Source: Elusimicrobiota bacterium (GTDB taxonomy: Bacteria; Elusimicrobiota; Elusimicrobia; UBA1565). Taken from it: a stretch of 16,281 nucleotides of DNA. Location: the NCBI GenBank assembly GCA_043827405.1, contig JBDRPD010000010.1, positions 1 through 16,281 of the forward strand, in the 5' to 3' direction. Shown one piece after another: positions 1 to 7,102 of this stretch. The notes beneath the pieces were generated by a model. That model searched no databases and was not told the DNA's origin. It saw nothing but the letters and a program-made list of their open reading frames with translations. A program made the position numbers and the translations under genes. Positions within the stretch are counted from its first letter, which is position 1. Every line of letters begins with the position of its first letter.

Positions 1-557
1 CAGTGGGCTTCCAGGCTCAGGGCTCCGGGTCGCAGATCACGCGCATCACCGCAGATATCCGGCACATCAAAAGCTCGCTGCACCAGCCGACATTGCTCCG
101 GTTCGCCTCCGCGCTTACGGAGGCGGTCTGGCCGCACATGATCCCTTCCCTAATCTTCATCCTCTGCTCCGGCCGCAGCTTCTATCGAAACCGCCTGCTG
201 CGCGATCCGGCGCGGCGCAGGTTTCGCGACGCCTTCGCGCGCGCACGCAAGCGCATCGCAAATGGCGCCGCATCTGGAGAGGCGCCCGCTCGTCTCGCTG
301 AAGCCTTGACGGGCTACCTATCCGATAAGTTGGGCATTCCCGCCGCGGGGCTCACCCAGCGCGAAGCCCAGCGGCGGCTGAAAGAACGATTTCCCAAGCT
401 TCCCGAGGGCCACTTCAACCAGATCAAATTGCTATGGGAGGAACTGGAAGTGATGCGCTTTGCCCCGCAGGACGGGCGAGATAACGATACCTCACGCCGG
501 TTGGAAAAAGAGGTTGAAGTCCTTCTCGATGCGCTCGAGGAGGTCATCGGGAAATGA
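1..557 (+). CDS. BatD-like protein, C-terminal fragment (5' end lies outside the window)
   Basis: Frame is open from the window edge. 'ADIRHIK' is followed by a hydrophobic helix and a helical C-terminal domain ('LTGYLSDKLGIPAAGLT...RFAP'), as in BatD C-termini. The stop overlaps the next gene (ATGA at 554-557), which is BatE-like. Confidence 0.65.
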   Translation, partial: VGFQAQGSGSQITRITADIRHIKSSLHQPTLLRFASALTEAVWPHMIPSLIFILCSGRSFYRNRLLRDPARRRFRDAFARARKRIANGAASGEAPARLAEALTGYLSDKLGIPAAGLTQREAQRRLKERFPKLPEGHFNQIKLLWEELEVMRFAPQDGRDNDTSRRLEKEVEVLLDALEEVIGK

Positions 558-1300
558 ACAGCACCCTGCTGCTGGTCACGCTGCTCTTCAGCTGCGCGCC
601 CGCGAATTCAGCGGAGCCTTCCGATTTCGCACGAGCGAATCTCCTCTACGAGGAATCTCGGCTGGACGATGCCGTCCGCGAATATCGCGCACTGACGGCG
701 GCTACGCCGCAAATCGCTGAATTGCACTACAACCTCGGCAACGCCTACTTCCGCCTAGGCACGCCCGGCAGCCTCGGTCGGGCAATTGCCTCATACCAAA
801 GAGCGTTCGACCTGGCGCCTCGCGACCTGGACATCCGGTACAACCTCAATTTCGCCATGGGACGAGCGGGTGAAAAGCTCATTCCCACCGGAACCCCGAC
901 CGCACTCTTTGTGCTGTTCCACGCCTTCAGCTTCACGGAGCTGGCGGCGCTGCAGTGGATCGGCTTTTGGCTGGCGCTACTGCTCGGCTCGGTCTACTTT
1001 CTGCGCGAAAACAGCCAGGCCAAGCTGCGCCCCTGGCTGGCTGGCGCGATGATCTTCTGGGTTTTATTCGCCTGCTGGTGGGGCGCGCGGGCGCTGCTGA
1101 GCGACCCGTCACCGGGCGTCGTCGTTGTGCAGGACGCGGAGGTTCGCAGCGGCCCGGGAGCGAACTTCCCGGTCAGCTTCAAGCTCCCGGAAGGGCGGCG
1201 CATATCACAGCTGGATGCCAAGGGCGGCTGGCTCGAGATCGGCGTCCGCAAGGAAGGGCTGAAAGGCTGGGTCGCCGCCGACGCCATTGAGAAAATCTAG
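554..1300 (+). CDS. BatE-like tetratricopeptide repeat protein with C-terminal bacterial SH3 domain
   Basis: Signal peptide; TPR motifs (ANLLYEE, 'LHYNLGNAYFR', 'AIASYQRAFDLAPRDLDIRYNL'); two TM helices; SH3b-like tail 'VRSGPG...KLPEG...GWLEI...GWV'. Confidence 0.8.
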   Translation: MNSTLLLVTLLFSCAPANSAEPSDFARANLLYEESRLDDAVREYRALTAATPQIAELHYNLGNAYFRLGTPGSLGRAIASYQRAFDLAPRDLDIRYNLNFAMGRAGEKLIPTGTPTALFVLFHAFSFTELAALQWIGFWLALLLGSVYFLRENSQAKLRPWLAGAMIFWVLFACWWGARALLSDPSPGVVVVQDAEVRSGPGANFPVSFKLPEGRRISQLDAKGGWLEIGVRKEGLKGWVAADAIEKI

Positions 1301-1317
1301 CGGGAAGCGGAAGCTCC

Positions 1318-2190
1318 GTGAGCAACAAGCAGCAGAAAAAACCGGGCGTTAAGAACTTCCTCTACGCACACCGTGCGACAACCGCAGCGGGAGGGCTGGC
1401 CGCGCTCGGCATCGCCCTGCTCCTCTGGAAAAGCACCCGGGCGACGAATGACCGCAGCTGGGTCGAAGAACAGGATACGCTCGCGGTCGCCGACATCGAC
1501 GGCGACGAAGCGACCGTACGCAACGTGCGCTGTTTCGACTGGAAGACGGCTACCGAGCCCCAAAAACGCTATGCGACGCGCAGCTACGACCTCCGCCGCC
1601 TGCGCTCGCTGGACTTCATTGTTTCCCGCTTCGGCATGCGGGGGCTTGCCGGCCATACGCTGCTCAGCTTCGGATTTGAGGGGGGAGAGCAGCTGGCGGT
1701 TTCCGTCGAAATCCGCCGCACGGAAGGGCAGCATTACAGCTTCCTGCGCGGACTGTTCCGCAACTACGAACTTATGTACGTGATAGCTGACGAACGTGAT
1801 ATCATCCGCGTACGCACCAATATCCGGGGCGAAGAGACCTACCTCTATCCCATCAACGCTCCGTTGGATGCGATCCGCCGGCTGCTCGTTTCCATCCTGC
1901 GTCGAGCCAACCGTCTCGCCCAACAGCCGGAATTCTACAACTCGGTATGGAATTCCTGCACGACGAACCTGCTGGAGCACTTCAATGAAGCCGGCATCTG
2001 CCGCACCTTCGCCCACGGTCCCCGGGCCGTGGTTTCCGGGCTCGCAGACGGACTGCTCTACGACCTCGGGCTGCTTGGAAGGGGCGTCTCGCTGCGCGAA
2101 CTGCGTCAACGCCACTATATCAGCAAACGCGCGAAAGCCTGCGGTGACGGACCGGGATTCTCCGCGGCGATCCGCCGCATCGAGGCCTAG
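1318..2190 (+). CDS. DUF4105 domain protein (related to the Lnb N-terminal domain), membrane anchored
   Basis: N-terminal TM helix; family motifs 'NVRCFDW', 'GHTLLSFGF', 'SVEIRR', 'YELMYVIADERDII', 'FYNSVWNSCTTNL'. GTG start 17 bp after the batE-like stop. Confidence 0.8.
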   Translation: MSNKQQKKPGVKNFLYAHRATTAAGGLAALGIALLLWKSTRATNDRSWVEEQDTLAVADIDGDEATVRNVRCFDWKTATEPQKRYATRSYDLRRLRSLDFIVSRFGMRGLAGHTLLSFGFEGGEQLAVSVEIRRTEGQHYSFLRGLFRNYELMYVIADERDIIRVRTNIRGEETYLYPINAPLDAIRRLLVSILRRANRLAQQPEFYNSVWNSCTTNLLEHFNEAGICRTFAHGPRAVVSGLADGLLYDLGLLGRGVSLRELRQRHYISKRAKACGDGPGFSAAIRRIEA

Positions 2191-2613
2191 CTAGAAATAA
2201 TCCGGAGTGATGGGGGTCAGGGGGACTAGCGGGACGGTCATCTCGTCCGGGACCGCCTTTTTCTCAACCGGCGCCTCTACCGGCGGCGGCGGCGGGACGG
2301 CAGGCTTCTTGCTCTTGCTGCGCGAGCGCACTCGCCGCCGCGTCGAAGCCTTCCCGCGCGCATGGGCACGACGCGGCTTAACCGCTTTCCGGGGCTGCTG
2401 CGGAGACTCGACTTGGCCCACCGGATCCGCCCCCTTGTGCTCGACCGGATCGTCATGAGAAACGGCGGGCGGCTGCCCCATCGGCCCGCCTGAGGAGCCG
2501 ATTGGACCACCGCTTGAGCCGCTATGGCTCCCGCCCGGAGGGGGGATTTGGGCCCCCGCCGTCCCGACAGCGAACAGCGATAGAGCCGTTAGAATAAGCA
2601 GCCGGTTTCTCAT
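2191..2613 (-). CDS. Hypothetical secreted low-complexity protein (Gly/Ser/Pro-rich, Arg/Lys-rich patch)
   Basis: Clear Sec signal peptide MRNRLLILTALSLFAVGTAGA; fills the gap between two confident genes; promoter-like element directly upstream. Confidence 0.65.
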   Translation of the reverse strand: MRNRLLILTALSLFAVGTAGAQIPPPGGSHSGSSGGPIGSSGGPMGQPPAVSHDDPVEHKGADPVGQVESPQQPRKAVKPRRAHARGKASTRRRVRSRSKSKKPAVPPPPPVEAPVEKKAVPDEMTVPLVPLTPITPDYF

Positions 2614-2619
2614 ATCCTT

Positions 2620-2648
2620 ACGTTACCACAGACCTATTACAAATTCAA
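2620..2648 (-). promoter_or_regulatory. Putative sigma70 promoter TTGAAT-N17-TAACGT with extended -10 TG
   Basis: Minus strand reads ttgaat ttgtaataggtctgtgg taacgt aaggat ATG. Confidence 0.45.
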
Positions 2649-2655
2649 TAACCCG

Positions 2656-4104
2656 TCAACGATAATAATTATCGGGATTGTGGATGTAGTACATATCATA
2701 CGGGTTCAGCCGCGGCAGCGTCACGTAGCGGTGCCCCTTCTCATCCACCTTTTCTTCGAGCCCAAACGGCCAGGTAAAAACAGGCTTCTGCTTATCGTCC
2801 GGCCTCTTGACGACGCCCGTTTCACGAACCTCGTTGACGATGCTGCCCACCCATTTAAGCTTCGTGGCCGCATCGGCGAACTCTTCCCAGTCACCGTCGG
2901 AATTGTGCTTATACATCGCCTTGCGGAAGTCCTCTATCGACATCCCCGCCTTCTTGGCCACCGGGCCCATGAGGCGCTTTTCCCACTCCTTGGCGATCTC
3001 CAGCTGCTCTTTGAGCTGGGTCATATTTCCCCAAGTCAGCGTGCTCATTTCGTGATGCAGGATCACGGCGTTCGGATAGGCATAGGACCTCTCCGAGAGC
3101 GTCACAATCGCCGCCGCCATGCTCGCGGCATAGGACTTCAGAACCACATGCACCGGCGCCTTGCTCGACGCGATAGCTTTGAGGATGCGATAACCTTCCA
3201 TCACCGAACCGCCGGGAGAGCTGTCGATCACGATGAATATCGGCTTTTCGGAGTTCTCGTTGTTGAAATAATGGATCCGTTCGGTGATGAAGTCGGCCAC
3301 GCCGCGAAAGATCGGCCCATTGAGGGGAATGCGCCGGTCGCTGACCATGAGCCGTCCGTTTGCAAAAGGCAGCGCGTCGTAACGCGGATCCGTGTTGGCC
3401 TCCTGCTTCCATTCCTCCTTCTGGGAGCGCATGCTGATATCGGCCTTGAGCTTGGCGATGCGGTCCTGACGCACGGAGTCTTCGAACTTCATCTGCTGGC
3501 TTTTTAGGCTCAGCCGCTTGAGCTCAAGATCAATCTCCGCCTTCTCCGCGCCGTACAGCAGCTCCTTCTCCTGCAGCTTCACCTGAGTCAAATCGTTTTT
3601 TAGCTTCAGCTGCGCGTACTCATGGTGCAGGAGCGCCAACTCCTGCTTGCGCTTCGCCTCTTCAATCCGGTTCTCGAGGTCCAGCTTCTTCTGCGTGGCC
3701 GTCAGCACCGCCGTATCCCGCTTCTCACGCTCCGAATCGAGCATATTCTGCAGGATCAGCTCTTCTTTCTCCAATATGAGCTGGCGCAGTTTCTGCTGTT
3801 CCTTTAGTTTGAGCAGGGTCTGCTCATCCGACAGCTGCTCTTTCTCCGTGCTGGTTGGAAACTTCTCAATTTTCTGTTTCTCGGAGAGAATATTGTACCG
3901 GGTACGCAGCTCTTCCAGCTCGCTCTGCAGGGGCTGCAGCTTCTGCGCCTGCTTCTGCTTTTCCAGGCCGTTTTCCAGGGTAAGCTTCTCCAACTCCTTC
4001 TTTTCCGGAGACGTCTCTTCTTTTTTAACCGGGATCTGCGCCGCCATAGCCGGCAGCACAACGGCAAGCAGACAAAGGACAGCAGCGGCTTTAAAGTATT
4101 TCAT
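2656..4104 (-). CDS. ClpP-family (S14) serine peptidase with N-terminal signal peptide and ~200-aa coiled coil
   Basis: The C-terminal half has ClpP motifs 'IVIDSSPGGSV', 'YAASMAA' (Ser328), 'PNAVILHH' (His350), 'DGDW' (Asp405 candidate). N-terminus is a hydrophobic signal peptide; residues ~30-235 are E/K/Q/L-rich. RBS AGGAGA upstream of the ATG. Confidence 0.85.
   Translation of the reverse strand: MKYFKAAAVLCLLAVVLPAMAAQIPVKKEETSPEKKELEKLTLENGLEKQKQAQKLQPLQSELEELRTRYNILSEKQKIEKFPTSTEKEQLSDEQTLLKLKEQQKLRQLILEKEELILQNMLDSEREKRDTAVLTATQKKLDLENRIEEAKRKQELALLHHEYAQLKLKNDLTQVKLQEKELLYGAEKAEIDLELKRLSLKSQQMKFEDSVRQDRIAKLKADISMRSQKEEWKQEANTDPRYDALPFANGRLMVSDRRIPLNGPIFRGVADFITERIHYFNNENSEKPIFIVIDSSPGGSVMEGYRILKAIASSKAPVHVVLKSYAASMAAAIVTLSERSYAYPNAVILHHEMSTLTWGNMTQLKEQLEIAKEWEKRLMGPVAKKAGMSIEDFRKAMYKHNSDGDWEEFADAATKLKWVGSIVNEVRETGVVKRPDDKQKPVFTWPFGLEEKVDEKGHRYVTLPRLNPYDMYYIHNPDNYYR
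3472..3996 (-). repeat. Protein-level tandem repeat: about seven 25-residue coiled-coil units
   Basis: L41, L66, L91, L116, L141, L166, I191 are in register; units include LTLEN, LILQN, LDLEN, LKLKN, IDLEL; Glu four residues earlier in 6 of 7 units. Confidence 0.75.
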
Positions 4105-4193
4105 GACGTCTCTCCTATCCGGGCGGATTACGCTGTGACAGTGGAATATTTCTTATATCACACTACGCAGGCCGCGCGCTAGCCCTGGCGCCG

Positions 4194-4766
4194 TCATGGC
4201 TTCTTAAGAAGAGCTTCGATGTCGAGGGTTATCTCGACCTCCTTGCCCACCGCCAGTCCGCCGGTATCCAGCACCTTATTCCAGTTTACGCCAAAATCCG
4301 TACGGTCTATCGTCGTCGTCGCCGAAAATCCCGCACGGTCTCCCGCGGCGGCGTGCTCAGTAAGCGTCAGCATCACCTCACGGATAACCCCGTGCAGAGT
4401 CAGCTTGCCGTAGATGCGCGGCGCCTGCCCCTTCTTCCACACGACTTTAGTGCTCGCGTACTCCAGCGTGCGGAAGCGATCCGTGTCCAGAAAATCCGGG
4501 GCGCGCAGATGGTGGTCCCGCTTCTCGTTATCGGTATCGATACTCGCCGCGTCGATTACGGCGCGCACGCTCCACGATTCGACATTCTTCCCGTCATAGC
4601 TGATCTGTCCGGAAAGCCTCCGGAATTTCCCGGTCGTCTTGGCGACGACCATATGTCGAATTTTAAACCCGACGCTGGAATGCGCGGGATCAATTTCGTA
4701 AACCGCCGCCCGCGCCGAAACAGCCAACGACACCACCGCGCAGACGGCGCACATAAGCTTGCGCAT
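4194..4766 (-). CDS. yceI: YceI family periplasmic polyisoprenoid/lipid-binding protein
   Basis: Signal peptide, then 'YEIDPAHSSVGFKIRH', 'SIDTDNEKRDHHLRAPDF', 'GKLTLHG', 'IDRTDFG'. Start moved to the ATG at 4766 because GAGGTG lies 5 nt upstream of it. Confidence 0.92.
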   Translation of the reverse strand: MRKLMCAVCAVVSLAVSARAAVYEIDPAHSSVGFKIRHMVVAKTTGKFRRLSGQISYDGKNVESWSVRAVIDAASIDTDNEKRDHHLRAPDFLDTDRFRTLEYASTKVVWKKGQAPRIYGKLTLHGVIREVMLTLTEHAAAGDRAGFSATTTIDRTDFGVNWNKVLDTGGLAVGKEVEITLDIEALLKKP

Positions 4767-4864
4767 AGTCTTCACCTCGATTCCGGTCTATAATCCGCGT
4801 CATTAATGAGTGCCCTCATGCGGCGCTCCGTTACATCCCGCCGCACGAGCGGGAGGTCCATCTT

Positions 4865-4873
4865 TGCTAGAAT
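4865..4873 (+). promoter_or_regulatory. Extended -10 promoter element (TGcTAGAAT) for the ASCH-miaB operon
   Basis: TGnTAGAAT located 36 bp upstream of the ASCH start, in a divergent intergenic region. Confidence 0.55.
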
Positions 4874-4909
4874 AGCTCCGCACACAGCGCCGATTTTGCG
4901 AGGCAGACA

Positions 4910-5278
4910 GTGACCGCACAAGAACGTCCGCGAGCGTTCAAGTTCGGCTGGTACGGCGACAGCGGCTTGGGCGACGCGCTAATCGACAAAATTCTCCGCG
5001 GAGAGAAGACCGCGACGATGTGTCCCGCCTACGACCCCAAAGAGGCGGACGTCAACGACGTGCTCAACGTCGTGGACAAAAGCGGCAAGCCGCGCGCGGT
5101 CGTGCGCGTCGTCCAAATAGAGAACAAGCCCTTCTGCGACATAGATGAGGCCATCGCGCACAAAATCGGATCAACGCTGAATGATGTCCGGAGGATCACC
5201 TCGTTCGCCAACAGCCGGCAGATCGGCAAGGACGAGGAAATGCGCGTCACGCACTTCGAGCTTGTCAAAATCCTGTAA
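4910..5278 (+). CDS. ASCH domain protein (PUA-like fold)
   Basis: 'ILRGEKTATM' (GxKTAT) motif, 'VVDKSGKPRAVVRV', C-terminal 'HFELV'; GAGG RBS before the GTG. Confidence 0.85.
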   Translation: MTAQERPRAFKFGWYGDSGLGDALIDKILRGEKTATMCPAYDPKEADVNDVLNVVDKSGKPRAVVRVVQIENKPFCDIDEAIAHKIGSTLNDVRRITSFANSRQIGKDEEMRVTHFELVKIL

Positions 5279-5284
5279 CCGCCG

Positions 5285-6571
5285 ATGAAGCTCCACATCA
5301 TTGCGTTCGGCTGCCAGATGTCCGTCGCCGACAGTGAGGAGATGACCCGCGCGCTGAGTCGGCGGGGCTATATCCCCGTCCCCGACCCGGAGGACGCGGA
5401 CGCTATCCTGCTCAACACCTGCACCGTCCGGCAGCACGCGGAAGACCGCGCGGTATCCCTGATCGGCCGCCTCAAAACATGGAAAGAGCTGCGCCCCGGC
5501 CGCTTGCTCATCGTCGCCGGCTGCGCCGCAGAAAGGATCGCCCCTTGGCTGCGCCGCCGCTTCCCGTATATCGATCTTGTCGCCGGCGCGCGCTCTATTG
5601 AACAATTCCCGGCGCTTCTCGAAGAAGCGCTGACGACCCGGCGACTCCGCCCCAGCGGCAACGACGAGCCCCCGCACGACGAGCGCTCCAGCGCCTACGT
5701 TACCATCATGCGCGGCTGCAACTACCGCTGTTCGTACTGCATCGTCCCGGCGGTGCGGGGGCGGGAGACCTCCAGGCCATTCGCCGCGGTACTACAGGAA
5801 GTACGTGAGCGCGCGGCTGAGGGCGCTCTGGAGATCACGCTCTTGGGGCAAACCGTCAACGCCTACCGCAGCGCGGATGGACGGGACTTCGCAGACCTGC
5901 TGCGTGCGCTGGGCGCATTGCCCGGCGTCGAACGCATCCGCTTCATCAGCCCGCACCCATATTATCTTACCGCTGCGCTGACCAACGCCATGGCCGACAC
6001 TCCCCAAGTATGCCCGCATCTCCACCTGCCCGCGCAGTCGGGCTCAGACCGCATCCTCGAGCGGATGTGCCGCAGCTATACGCGACGGCTGTTCCTTGAA
6101 CGTATCACGGCCATCCGCCGCCGCGTCCCTGATCTCGCGTTATCGACCGACCTGATCGTCGGCTTCCCGGGAGAATCAGAAACGGACTTCGCCGCCACGC
6201 TAAGCCTCCTCGATGAGGCGGATTTCTGCGCCGCCTACTGCTATAAATTTTCGCCGCGCCCGGGGACCGCGGCCGCCGGCTTCGCAGACCGCATACCGCC
6301 GGAGCTGCAGGAGGAGCGCCTCGCGCGGCTCCTCGCCCGTACGGACCGGATGACGCGCCGTCACCTGGATCACCTGCTTCACCGCCGAGTACAGGTTTTA
6401 CTAAGCGACACGACGGATGGACGGACGCAGTATCATTTCAAGGCGCGTCTAAACGCCCCCCGGCGCGCCGGGACCCTCGTCGATGCCGTCGTTATCGGCG
6501 CCACGCGAACCGCGCTGAAATGCGCGCCTGCAAACGCTTGCGATCACAGCGCGATTCATGATACCGTATAG
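5285..6571 (+). CDS. miaB: tRNA-2-methylthio-N6-dimethylallyladenosine synthase (radical SAM methylthiotransferase)
   Basis: UPF0004 cysteines 'FGCQM', 'LNTCTVR', 'VAGCAAE'; radical SAM motif 'GCNYRCSYCIVP'; 'LLGQTVNAY', 'HLPAQSGSD', 'STDLIVGFPGE', 'FSPRPGT'; short TRAM-like tail; miaA nearby. Confidence 0.92.
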   Translation: MKLHIIAFGCQMSVADSEEMTRALSRRGYIPVPDPEDADAILLNTCTVRQHAEDRAVSLIGRLKTWKELRPGRLLIVAGCAAERIAPWLRRRFPYIDLVAGARSIEQFPALLEEALTTRRLRPSGNDEPPHDERSSAYVTIMRGCNYRCSYCIVPAVRGRETSRPFAAVLQEVRERAAEGALEITLLGQTVNAYRSADGRDFADLLRALGALPGVERIRFISPHPYYLTAALTNAMADTPQVCPHLHLPAQSGSDRILERMCRSYTRRLFLERITAIRRRVPDLALSTDLIVGFPGESETDFAATLSLLDEADFCAAYCYKFSPRPGTAAAGFADRIPPELQEERLARLLARTDRMTRRHLDHLLHRRVQVLLSDTTDGRTQYHFKARLNAPRRAGTLVDAVVIGATRTALKCAPANACDHSAIHDTV

Positions 6572-6574
6572 ACG

Positions 6575-7102
6575 GTGAAACACAAGAACGGAACCAAGTC
6601 GAACGAACGGCGCAAGCATCCACGCTTCGCGGTCGTGAACGATCTCATCGAACCGATCGTCTTGACCTACGCCCCCGATAAACAGGCAAAACAGTCCAAA
6701 GGCGCGAAAGACAAGGAAGCGGCGGACATCGCCAAGCACCTCAAGACGCAGCCGGCGATTCTCACGAGCTTATCAGCCGGCGGCATGTCGTTGATCACCT
6801 TCCTGGCTCCGCCCCATACCAAGACGTTCAAGATGACGCTGACGATCCCAGGACTCGACAACCTGCCGATCGAGGGCCGGGTGGTGCGCGTCAGCGAAAA
6901 AGGGGAAACGTACCAAGTCGGCATCGAGTTCACAAAAATCGCCAAGAAGTACCAGAAGCAGATCACGCAGATGGCCCACGACGACATCGATTGCAATACG
7001 CGCGTGGGACTCGGACTGCCTGAGGCCTGTGTCCCGGACTGCGGTTTCCATCTCCTCTGCACCAAGGCCCAGAAGGCGCCGCATTGGCCTCCGCAAGCGT
7101 AA
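6575..7102 (+). CDS. PilZ domain protein with C-terminal four-cysteine extension
   Basis: RxxxR motif 'ERRKHPRF', 'SLSAGG', 'IEGRVVRV', 'VGIEFTKI'; tail C-x11-C-x3-C-x5-C. Confidence 0.8.
   Translation: MKHKNGTKSNERRKHPRFAVVNDLIEPIVLTYAPDKQAKQSKGAKDKEAADIAKHLKTQPAILTSLSAGGMSLITFLAPPHTKTFKMTLTIPGLDNLPIEGRVVRVSEKGETYQVGIEFTKIAKKYQKQITQMAHDDIDCNTRVGLGLPEACVPDCGFHLLCTKAQKAPHWPPQA

Noticed and set aside
1297..2115. 272-aa minus-strand ORF
   Set aside because: Antisense shadow of the DUF4105 gene; no motifs; long shadow ORFs are expected in GC-rich DNA.
2680..3507. 275-aa plus-strand ORF
   Set aside because: Antisense to the ClpP domain; no recognisable features.
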